This document shows positions 10,089 to 19,446 of a stretch of 64,000 nucleotides of DNA, in pieces (the stretch's first letter is position 1; each line of letters starts with the position of its first letter). The notes beneath the pieces were generated by a model, which was given only the letters and a program-made list of their open reading frames with translations, did no database searches and was not told where the DNA came from. Source of the stretch: a virus; IMG/VR virus record IMGVR_UViG_3300027377_000018; one strand, given 5' to 3'. The position numbers and the translations under genes are program-made.

Positions 10089-11277
10089 ATGAAAATTGGA
10101 AACACGATATATCTCGACCATCAGGCGACCACGCCGGTAGATTTGCGTGTTCTTGCCGAAATGACGCCGTATTTCACCGAATCGTTCGGCAATCCGCATT
10201 CCGCCGATCACGCCCTCGGATGGGAAACATCGCGCGCCGTGGATGAGGCCGCCGCCCGAGTCGCGCGGTTGATCGGTGCGGACTCTGATGAAATCATCTT
10301 CACCTCGGGGGCAACGGAGTCCAACAACCTCGCCCTGTTGGGCCTTGCACGCCGTGCAGCTGGCGGCGAGCGTTGTCGTGTGCTGGTTGGCGCTGCCGAG
10401 CATAAATGCGTTCTGGCGGCCGGGCGTGCGCTCGAAGATCATCATGGTTTCAAAGTCGAGCGCCCTTCCGGTCAATTCGGAAGGTTTTGTGGAAACATCA
10501 ACACTTGAAGACTCGCTGGATGACGATGTTTTTCTTGTATCGATCATGGCTGTGAATAACGAGATCGGTACGATACAAGAAATAGAAAGTCTTTCGCGAA
10601 TCGTGAAGAGCTACGGAGCTTTGTTTCATTGCGATGCGGCGCAAGCTCCGGTCGCAATAGATTTGGGTTCTTTTGCAGAATACGTCGATACTATCAGTCT
10701 TTCGGCACACAAGATGTACGGACCAAAGGGAATCGGAGCCGTCTACGTCGCACGGGAACTGCAAGACCGGATCGAGCCGCTGATCTACGGCGGCGGCCAG
10801 CAGAACGGCTTGCGGTCGGGCACTGTGCCCGTCCCGCTCTGCGTCGGCATGGGAGCGGCGGCAGACATGTTGGCCGACGAAGCGGCGGACGAACAGCGAA
10901 AGGAATTGGGCAGCAAAAGAGACAGGTTCGTTGCCGGGCTGAATCGTCTTGTATGGCCGATCACGGTGAACGGCCCGGAAGGAAAAGCCCGGCATCCCGG
11001 CAATGCGAATATCCGGTTCACCGGGTTCGCAGCCCACGACATCATGGCTACCTTGCAGCCACACCTCGCGGCCTCGACCGGCTCGGCCTGCACAACGGGC
11101 ATACCGGAACCGTCGCATGTCCTTAAGGCCATCGGACTGACCAGCGATGAGGCCGAATCCTCGATCCGCTTCAGTCCCGGTTTCGCCACAAGCGATGATG
11201 ACATCGATGAAGCTGTGAACCGGATCAAAGAGGTGTTGGAGAAACTTTCGAAGGCCGAGTTGACGCGATCGGCCTGA
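10089..11277 (+). pseudogene. sspA: Cysteine desulfurase (IscS/DndA/SspA-like), +1 frameshift at ~10463-10465
   Basis: YLDHQATTP, FTSGATESNN and EHKCV in frame 1; MAVNNEIG, HCDAAQ, SAHKMYGPKG and STGSAC in frame 2. Removing one C from CCC at 10463-10465 gives a 395 aa ORF. Confidence 0.85.
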
Positions 11278-11987
11278 AGCGGTGCAGCCTGACGGCACCG
11301 GGGCGTTTATCGCCGGCGGTGCGGAAACGACGCGTGGCAGGTTTGAATGCCCCCAAGGCAACTGCGGCGTTAAAATACAAGACCGCATGGGGAGGACGCA
11401 TGGCGATCTCGAAAAACACGAAAAGCCAAATCGAGGCGGTTGCCGACAATACGTTAAGCACATTTGACGCAGTGGCTGACGCAGCCCGAACGCATCTGAG
11501 CGGCGCTGCGTCATCAACCGGCGCTGAAGCCTTTGCCAGCATCAACACTTTCACGTCCACAGACACTCTGCGATCCCAGGAAAAGATCTACCGGGAAAAT
11601 GTGGAGAGCTATCGTTTGCTCACGCATGAGCCGGCGATAGCGCGTGTCGCCGTATGCGACGAAGACGGCAAGAAGCTTGTCTATTACATCTGCCGAACAG
11701 CTCCGGTTCCGGTTGGCGACAAGGATGTAAGACTGGCGAGCTACAGGTCTCCAGTCGGGCGGCTAGCCGCCTTGTCCGTCGGTGATGAATTCACGGCCCG
11801 CATGGACGGTCAAAATGTTTCTGTGGAGATATTGGAGAAAGCACAGCTCCACCCGGCTTTGGTCGAGCAAGAGTGGGATTCCCGCAATACTGTGCTGGAA
11901 GGTGCTGATTACGGCTTCATTACGGTCGAGTCGTTTAGAGCCCTCCTTGGTCGCGGGGTTGCGGCAGAGCCCGACGCCACGCTCTTA

Positions 11988-12918
11988 GAGTCCGATTCAA
12001 AAGTTCATGTGAGATAACAGCATGTTATGAGTCTTCTGGTCACGAGTCTGATGCTGGCGATGTTGACCCATGCGATGGCGGTTTCGGTGGACTTCTCCCA
12101 ATCCTTTGCGAGCCTGCGGCATCGGTTGAGCCAGGCGAATGTGCGCTCGACCACCCACCGCCGGGGCAAGACCTCGAAGCCTCTTGCGTTCTCGGGGCGT
12201 TTGACGATCTCTACCGTCCAGTCGCCAAGCCTGTCCAGCGCATCGCATAGTTTTGGCCCGGCGTAGCCGCCATCGGCGAAGACATGACGCAGCCAGGGAA
12301 ACCGGTAACGGATGGCTTTGATGGGGCTTGGCGCGCCATCACGGTCCTGGATATCGGCGGCATGGACGATGACGAACAGCATCAAGCCGAGCGTATCGGT
12401 GATGATGTGACGTTTGCGCCCCTTGATCTTCTTGCCGGCGTCATAGCCCCGAATGCCGCCGCTTTCCGTGGTTTTCACACTCTGAGTGTCGATCACGCCC
12501 GCCGTCGGTTGAGCCTCGCGCCCCTCCAGCTCGCGAGTGGCCGCCACCAGAATGTGGTTGATCGTCTGCCAAAGCCCGCTGTCACGCCAGGCATAGAAAT
12601 AGCCGCGCACCGGGGAGACCGGCGGGAAGTCCTTCGGCAGCATCCGCCACGGTGTCCCACCGCCGGCCATATAGAGGATGGCGTTCATCACTTCGCGCAT
12701 GTCCGTCGTGCGAGGTCGGCCGCCCGTCTTCGCCGGAGGAATGAGCGGCGCCAACAACGCCCATTCCTCGTCCGTCAAATCGCTTGGATAGCGCAGACCG
12801 TCCCGGTCATGCTGTCGGCGAGTGACATCATTCCAGGGCATGCATTCCTCCATACCTTCTGAAAAGACGGTTGAATCACATCCCATTGATATCACTCAAC
12901 TACTTTTAAATCAGGCTC
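11988..12918 (-). mobile_element. IS5 family (IS1031-like) element, 931 bp, copy 1
   Basis: Imperfect IRs GAGTCCGATTCAAAAG / CTTTTAAATCAGGCTC; TTA target duplication at 11985-11987 and 12919-12921. Confidence 0.92.
12005..12841 (-). CDS. IS5-family transposase
   Basis: YPSDLTDEEW, GVIDTQSVK, GKKIKGRKRH, FADGGY and RWVVERTFAWL motifs. Likely ATG at 12841 after GGAGGA. Confidence 0.93.
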   Translation of the reverse strand: MPWNDVTRRQHDRDGLRYPSDLTDEEWALLAPLIPPAKTGGRPRTTDMREVMNAILYMAGGGTPWRMLPKDFPPVSPVRGYFYAWRDSGLWQTINHILVAATRELEGREAQPTAGVIDTQSVKTTESGGIRGYDAGKKIKGRKRHIITDTLGLMLFVIVHAADIQDRDGAPSPIKAIRYRFPWLRHVFADGGYAGPKLCDALDRLGDWTVEIVKRPENARGFEVLPRRWVVERTFAWLNRCRRLAKDWEKSTETAIAWVNIASIRLVTRRLITCCYLT

Positions 12919-15059
12919 TTAGAGCGGCAACTGGAAGAGGAACAGGAGTCCGCCAACCTTCTGGAGGGTCGGCGCCGCAGTGTCATCGAAAAGATGGGGT
13001 TGCGCGACCAACCGGTGCTCGACCGTTATCAGGATGAAATATTTCGTCTCCCGCTCAATAGCCGCCTTTTGATTCTCGGTGCCCCCGGAACCGGGAAAAC
13101 GACAACCTTGATCCGGCGTTTGGGACAAAAGCTCGACTTGGACGCATTGGATGAGAGCGAACAAAGGCTCGTTGATCGCTCCTCCGACGGCAGCGGCGTA
13201 GAACATGGGAAAAGCTGGATTATGTTCACGCCCACAGAGCTTCTGAGGCACTACGTCAAGGACGCGTTTGCGCGCGAGGACATAGCGGCACCGGACGAGC
13301 GCATCTGCACATGGGCCGATTTCCGCCGCCAGTTGGCCAGACGTGAATTCAGTGTACTCCGTTCATCTTCAGGTAGCGGGACGTTTGTTATGCGTGAACA
13401 CATACAAACGCTCTTGCCGGAGACGATAAGCGATCAGACCTCCTGGTTTTCGGACTTCGACAACTGGCAGAAGGCCTATTTTTGGCAAGAACTGCGCGAT
13501 ACAGCCGAACGCCTGTCCGGAGAGCCGAGGAAAGCGATTTCGACGCTCGGTGACCGCATCCTGTCTCTGATAGATGAAGGAGGCAAGGAACCGTCGGCGA
13601 CAGTACTTGTGGCGCTACAGCGGCTTGTTGCCGATATCCAGGCCCAGCTCTCCGAACTGAAGGCGGCCACGGACGAACGAATTCGCCGGTCGCTCAATCT
13701 CCAGGTCAACCGTGACCAGAATTTTCTGGACGAGCTGGCGAAATTCTTGGACAGCCTCGCGGATGTTGGTGATGATCCCGATGACTCGGAGTTGGACGAA
13801 GAGGAAGAGGCGGCACCTCCCAAGACGAGAAGAGCCGGCGCCGCCGCGGCATATGCAAGGGCCGCGCGATCTCAGGCGCGGAGTACGGCAACAAGGCGGA
13901 GCATCGGAGAAGCGACACGGTCAGGGCGCCTGATCGACTGGCTTGGGAACCGGCTTCCAGGCGAGGAAGACCGTCTCGAAGTTGGTCAAAGTCTGGTGGT
14001 GCAATCGCAATTGAGGCGGTTCGTCAATCCGGTTCGACGGTATATCGATGGCGTACCGTCACGATATCGACGCTTTCGGCGTGCACATCAGAATGAGAAG
14101 AAGTGGTATCTTCCCGACGGATACGCGGCGACGGATATTCACCCGCTCGAAGTCGATTTAGTTCTGCTGGCCCTATTGCGTGGAGCGGATGAGCTGGTCG
14201 ACAAGATTCGGCCCGCGAGCGGAGAAGATGCAGAAGAGAATCCGATGCTGGCGCGCCAACGCCAGCTCTATCGAAATCAGGTCCTGGTGGACGAGGCGAC
14301 CGATTTCTCGCCGTTGCAACTTGGCTGCATGGCGGCACTTACGCCCCCCGGTATCCGGTCGTTCTTCGCTTGTGGTGATTTCAACCAGCGCGTCACAAAC
14401 TGGGGCACCCGCTCGATGGAAGAGATGCAGTGGGTTCTGCCGGAAATTGCAGCCAAATCCGTCGCGGTGGCATACCGCCAAAGCACACAGCCTCATGAGC
14501 TGGCAAAGCAAATTGTGGTTCAGACCGGTGGCGACGCAACCGATGTCGTATTGCCGGGGTTCGTCGACAATGAAGGCGTCGCGCCGGTTCTGGCGACAAA
14601 CCTCTCGCAACAGGACGATGTAGTGGATTGGTTGGCGGGGCGTATCGTTGAGATTGAGAATTTTGTCCAACAACTGCCCTCCATTGCTGTCCTCGTAAAC
14701 GACGAACGGGACGTGACACCGCTTGCGACGGCCTTGGGCGAAGCGTTGGAGGAACAGAATATCCGCGTTCTGGCCTGTCCGAATGGCCAGGTGATGGGAT
14801 TGGAGAGCGATGTGAGGGTATTCGATGTCCAGCACATTAAAGGGCTGGAGTTCGAAGCCGTCTTTTTTGTCGGTGTCGATCGGCTCGCGCAAACATACCC
14901 CGACTTGTTCGACAAGTATTTGTATGTCGGCGCAACACGTGCAGCCACATACCTGGGGCTCACGTGCGAACAGCAGCTTCCGGAAAGCATCGCTGAATTG
15001 GCGCATCTGTTTGAGGAAAACTGGGAGTAGGTTCCCGGCCGCATCCACTCGACTATTGA

Positions 15060-15482
15060 TTATTTCGTACGTCCCGCGAACTTTTCTGCCGTCCGCATCG
15101 CCCCGAGGCCCAGGAGCGACAACAGCACGGTGACCAGCGTTTCGGTACCTGTCAGTTCCGGCAACGCCGTGACATGAGGGAAGTAATTGACGGTCACCCA
15201 GGTCAGCAGATCGAACAGGATAAAGTGCCAGAGCAACGCGAAGCCGCAGACCCAGCCGATAAAGGGCCGCCAGCCGGCGACGAAGATCGAGCGGTGGCCG
15301 GCCTCGATCTTGTTGAGCTCGATCTGAGCCAGGCTGGGTTTCATCATCAGCTTGGCCTTGATCACCTCGGCGGCACGCTTCTCGTCGTCGGTCTCGACGA
15401 ACTGATCGATGATGTTGGCGACGCCCTCGGCGGCAGACACGACGCCTCCGCTGACGATCGACCCGAATATCTTGCCCAGCAT
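15060..15482 (-). CDS. Holin (3TM, GTA-holin-like)
   Basis: FVAGWRPFIGWVCG motif and hydrophobic segments; adjacent to the endolysin. Confidence 0.8.
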   Translation of the reverse strand: MLGKIFGSIVSGGVVSAAEGVANIIDQFVETDDEKRAAEVIKAKLMMKPSLAQIELNKIEAGHRSIFVAGWRPFIGWVCGFALLWHFILFDLLTWVTVNYFPHVTALPELTGTETLVTVLLSLLGLGAMRTAEKFAGRTK

Positions 15483-15485
15483 GAC

Positions 15486-15878
15486 CTACTCCACGATCTC
15501 GAAATGCACGAGGTCGTCAAAACCGTTATCCCGGACCTCGGTGTCGCTGTCCCAGTCGCCACCCCAACGGAGGCCGACACCCATCGCCTTGGCGGTCGCC
15601 AGGACGAATCCGGCGAACAGCGTTTGCCGCTCCCGGTCATCCCAGACGACCGGATAGGGCGTCACGTCGACGGCCAAGGACGGCACGGTGTTGTGCTTGC
15701 CATTCGGCCAGCGGACCTTGCTCTTACCCTCCTCGACCATCCGGTTCTGGCGTTCCTTGTCCCGATGACCCTCCAGGATGGTGCAGTCGAAATGCCGGAT
15801 CACTTCGTGGAACACCCGCTGAAGACGGGGATCACAGGTGCCGAGCCTGGAGAGCGACTTATCGGAGAAACTCGGCAT
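15486..15878 (-). CDS. Endolysin, M15-family peptidase
   Basis: EGHR..., SLAVD and WGGDW...DLVHFE zinc-peptidase motifs. Real start ATG 15878 inside the longer listed ORF. Confidence 0.85.
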   Translation of the reverse strand: MPSFSDKSLSRLGTCDPRLQRVFHEVIRHFDCTILEGHRDKERQNRMVEEGKSKVRWPNGKHNTVPSLAVDVTPYPVVWDDRERQTLFAGFVLATAKAMGVGLRWGGDWDSDTEVRDNGFDDLVHFEIVE

Positions 15879-16165
15879 CAGTGACCTCCGAAAAGCTTGA
15901 GCTTGATGGCGATGCCGGCGATCAGCGCCAGGATTAAACCGGTGGTGACGAGGCGCACGACGGTCTGCCAGGCGGTGTGTCTGGCAATGCGAACGGCACC
16001 CAGCAGGGATCGCAGATCGCGGATGTCGCTCGCGGCCTCCTCGTCGACGAGACCGACGTCGGCCAGCGCCCGTTTGGCGCCGCGCTCCGCGGCCAGTTCC
16101 AGGTATTGCTCGAACTCTTCGACGGACATGCGCACATGCCCGTCCTCCATGGTTGGACGGTTCAT
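15878..16165 (-). CDS. Small membrane protein of the lysis cassette (DUF6127-like)
   Basis: AAERGAKRALADVGL...DLRSLL followed by a C-terminal TM helix. Confidence 0.65.
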   Translation of the reverse strand: MNRPTMEDGHVRMSVEEFEQYLELAAERGAKRALADVGLVDEEAASDIRDLRSLLGAVRIARHTAWQTVVRLVTTGLILALIAGIAIKLKLFGGH

Positions 16166-16216
16166 CCGATTTTCCTTTCGATGTTTGGGGGGTCGTGGCG
16201 GCGACTCGCCGCCCGA

Positions 16217-17518
16217 TCAGGCGTCGCGCCGCATCGGACCATCGATGGCGACGGCGACTTTGCCCGTGAGCATCCAGAGGGCGCCCGTGAGCATGGCGAG
16301 GTTGTAGGTGAAGCTGTTGTCGCAGCCGCGACGCCAGTACTCGCCCTCGAGATACATGCAGGCACCCTTGCAGAGCTGGACGACGGGACAGCGCCGGCAT
16401 TCCTCGCGCAGCGACCAGTGTGTCGCTGTCGTCAGGCGAACCTCGTCTAGGGCCTCGACGTGCCCGATCCGATGGGCGGCATCGCCGGTGTTCTGGCAGG
16501 TGTAGACGTTGCCCTTGAGGTCGACAGCAATGTTGTCGTCCCGGTCCATGCCGCACTTCTGGCCAAGCGTCGAAGCGGGCCGGGCCTGGGCCAGGGAATT
16601 GAACCAGTCCTGAAGCTTCATCCAGACGGTGGAGACGGCGAGTGCGCTGCCGTCCATGATCTCACCGAGGAGCGCCAGCCGGATCTGCTTGTGCTCCTCG
16701 TCCGTCGCCGGCGAGAGCATGAGCCCGCCCGGATCGTAGGGCAGCAGAAGCTCTTCGCTGCCGACCACAACGGATTGGTCGCCCATCGTTTCAACGAACC
16801 ACTCGCGTGCCGCAGCGAGGCTATAGTGGTCTCGGGTCAGGACCACATTGAACGAGACCTTGCCCTTGGGGTGCAGGCGGGCGAACAGTGCTCGTATCGC
16901 CGCTGCCTTATCCGGGTCGTCGAACGGATCGGGTCCGCGCAGGGCCTGGCCGGGCCCGTCGTGGGAGACCGCGACGGCGAAATCCAGGCGATCGACCCAA
17001 TCAATCCTTTCTTCGTCGAGCACTGATCCGTTGGTGATGACGGAGAGCTCTGCGTTCGGCCACCGGGTCTTTATGCCCTCGGCCAAGGGTTTCAGCTTCT
17101 TCCAGTAAACGAAGGGTTCTCCACCCCAGAATTGGACATTGGTGCCAGCGCCCTTGCCATCCCTGCCGCCATCCCACCAGGAACCCAGATTGGCAAGGAA
17201 CCGGCTGACATCGCCGAGGTCGGTCAGTTTCTCTTGCCCGACCTGGCTCGCCTGACCGCAATAGGCACAGGAGTAATTGCAGCGAAACCCCAGCGAGACC
17301 TTGAGCTTTCGAACGCTGTGCGTCTTTCGGCCGGGCTGGTCGGGGCTCACGGCCGTCGCCGTGTCCCACGCCCTTTCCTCGTCCGCATAAACGAAACCGG
17401 CCGGGGAGAGATCCACCGGCCGGCCGTCTTCGTGGGTCAGGAGGGACGCGTGCGGGTCATAAAGGAGCCGCTCGGTCGAGCCATCGGGTCCTTGCAGCGT
17501 GATGGTGTAGATTGGCAA
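16217..17518 (-). CDS. Radical SAM/SPASM-domain protein (rSAM-2)
   Basis: CNYSCAYC (CxxxCxxC), FWGGEP, ITNGS, and C-terminal CGM...YTCQ...CRRCPVVQLCKGAC...C. TTG start 17518 after AAGGAG. Confidence 0.92.
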   Translation of the reverse strand: MPIYTITLQGPDGSTERLLYDPHASLLTHEDGRPVDLSPAGFVYADEERAWDTATAVSPDQPGRKTHSVRKLKVSLGFRCNYSCAYCGQASQVGQEKLTDLGDVSRFLANLGSWWDGGRDGKGAGTNVQFWGGEPFVYWKKLKPLAEGIKTRWPNAELSVITNGSVLDEERIDWVDRLDFAVAVSHDGPGQALRGPDPFDDPDKAAAIRALFARLHPKGKVSFNVVLTRDHYSLAAAREWFVETMGDQSVVVGSEELLLPYDPGGLMLSPATDEEHKQIRLALLGEIMDGSALAVSTVWMKLQDWFNSLAQARPASTLGQKCGMDRDDNIAVDLKGNVYTCQNTGDAAHRIGHVEALDEVRLTTATHWSLREECRRCPVVQLCKGACMYLEGEYWRRGCDNSFTYNLAMLTGALWMLTGKVAVAIDGPMRRDA

Positions 17519-18509
17519 TGGATGCTCCTTCTTGTTCGGCGATCCAGGCGAATAGCTCGTGCTTGGCCTTGGCGAGCCGGCAATCGACATCGTGGGTCTG
17601 CGATAGGTGACAGTTGCCGCGGCATCAGCGGTTGATGGGGCAGCCCCGGCATTCGGCGGTATCGACGAACCGGCGAACGTGCCTTAGCGCCGCTGCGGTC
17701 TCGGGCGTTTCCGGCTCCGACTGGAACAGGTGGCCGGTCCGCAGGCTCCGGCGGACCGAGTGGTGGCAGCCATAACGATTGCCGGCGAGATCGACCGATA
17801 CGTGGTCGTCGGCGTGGCATAGGGGCGCCGGCGACCGGGAGGGCGCGCCGAGGGCTTTCCGCCATTTCGTGAGATGGCCTTCGAACATGCCGTGGGCATA
17901 GCGGTGGCCATCGAGACGAAGGCGGGCGAGTTCGCGAAGATGCGGCACGTGGCGATCGAGATCAGCGTGGGTCAGGTAGTAGGCGGGATCACAGCCCTCC
18001 GTTGCCCGTACCCAGTGCACATAGGGAAAGAACGGTCGCCCGAAACGTTGCTCCAGCCGGTCGAGGTCCCCGAACCACGGCCAGGCGAACAGATTCTGGT
18101 GCGTGAACAGGAACGAGACCGCCGAGTTCTGCAACCTCGCCACCTGGTCCCATCTCGGCTCGCCGAACGGTTGATGCCGGCTCACCACCACGTAGGCATC
18201 CCAGCGATTGAGGGCTTCGACGTGCCGATCCTCGAGCAGGCTACCGTTCGTCACCAGCTTGACGAAGGTGAGCGGAACGCCGGCCGCAATGAGCGCCTCG
18301 TGGATCGCCTCGATGGCCTCCCAATAGAGCAGCGGCTCCCCGCCCCAATAGGCGACCTCGGTGATGCCCTTCGCCTTCATGTAGGGAACGACCCGGTCGA
18401 CAAAGTCCTCGACCGGGTGCCGGCGCCTCTCCGCGTCGCCGCCCTTGGGGTCCTGGAGACAATAGGCGCAGCGGAAGTTGCAGGCATAGCCGAGAAAGAT
18501 GTTGAGCAC
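17457..18509 (-). pseudogene. Radical SAM/SPASM-domain protein (rSAM-1) with in-frame TGA at 17625-17627
   Basis: CNFRCAYC, YWGGEP, VTNGS. The SPASM motif reads CRGCPINR*CRGNC...C and the frame stays open to 17457. Confidence 0.85.
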
Positions 18510-18513
18510 GGGT

Positions 18514-19434
18514 TCAGCCCGCCACGGGAACCGCTACCCGGATCTCGGCCTCCGCTACACCGCTGAAGTGCCGGAACCCGGCCTTCAGGCGGATAGTATC
18601 GCCCGCCTCGAGGCCGAGCGCCATGAAGCGAAACGATGCCGTGCCCGCATCTACGGCCACACGCTGGTGCGGCAGGTATCCGCCGGTGGCCTCGAGAAAA
18701 ATCTCCGGTGCGGCGTCGCCGATCAGGCGGCCACGGCTGTTGACGACCTTCAGCCCGATGGTCGCCGTTTCCTCCGGTGCGATCGTGCTTGGCGCATCGA
18801 GCCTCAGGCTCGGCAGCGCCTTCCTGCCGATGGTCGGGATCTCGGCGGCGCTATGTTCGGCGCCGGGATCGAGATTACCGATGAGGCCGTAGTCCGGGTG
18901 CAACGTCAGACGGAAACTGCAGATGTCGAATTCGCAGGTCCTGAACGGAACGTAGACCTGAAGCGGCAGGTTCACGCCCGCCACCGCCAGTTGACGGGGG
19001 GCCGGCATCCGTGCGGCAAAGCTCACCGGATAGCGATTGAAGGGTGCCAGCGGCACGCCAGCTGTCCCGGCACAATAGGGAGTCGCCAACGGAAACATCC
19101 AGTTTCCGTGGTCCGACCACTCGGCCCGATCCTGCAGAGCATCGAGATCCAGGGCGACCGCGCCGAGGGCACAGAACAGTCGATCATCGAAGCGGCGGTC
19201 CAGCATGATGCCAGGCGTCGGGGTTCGGGCAGCATGAGCGGCAGGAACGATCCCGGCATGCTGCCCGACCTCGATCTCATGATCGGCTTCCGCTATTGGC
19301 TGACCGGTAAATCGCCCCACACCGTCGACGACTTCCTCGTATGTGCGGAGGGTGACCATACGCGGCGCGCGCAGCACCTCGATCAACAGCGGTACCGGCA
19401 GACCCCACATATGGGCCGTGAAAGGCGTAATCAT
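18514..19434 (-). CDS. Hypothetical protein with a beta-rich (Ig-like?) C-terminal domain, between tail fibre and rSAM genes
   Basis: 306 aa ORF with GAGGAG RBS, tightly packed (4-12 nt gaps) on both sides. Confidence 0.75.
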   Translation of the reverse strand: MITPFTAHMWGLPVPLLIEVLRAPRMVTLRTYEEVVDGVGRFTGQPIAEADHEIEVGQHAGIVPAAHAARTPTPGIMLDRRFDDRLFCALGAVALDLDALQDRAEWSDHGNWMFPLATPYCAGTAGVPLAPFNRYPVSFAARMPAPRQLAVAGVNLPLQVYVPFRTCEFDICSFRLTLHPDYGLIGNLDPGAEHSAAEIPTIGRKALPSLRLDAPSTIAPEETATIGLKVVNSRGRLIGDAAPEIFLEATGGYLPHQRVAVDAGTASFRFMALGLEAGDTIRLKAGFRHFSGVAEAEIRVAVPVAG

Positions 19435-19446
19435 CGAAGAAGCTCC

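Larger units (their letters stand above)
11400..15030 (+). pseudogene. HelD/UvrD-like SF1 helicase split by an IS5-family element
   Basis: Removing the IS and one TTA restores ...ATLLERQLEEEQESANLLEG...KMGLRDQP (898 aa). Motifs GAPGTGKT, VLVDEATD, GDFNQ, YRQS, KGLEF, YVGATRA. Confidence 0.8.

Noticed and set aside
17625-17627. In-frame TGA in the SPASM motif of rSAM-1 as selenocysteine
   Set aside because: Alignment with rSAM-2 (CRRCPVVQLCKGAC vs CRGCPINR*CRGNC) puts the TGA at a non-Cys position (L), so TGG->TGA nonsense or a sequencing error is more likely.
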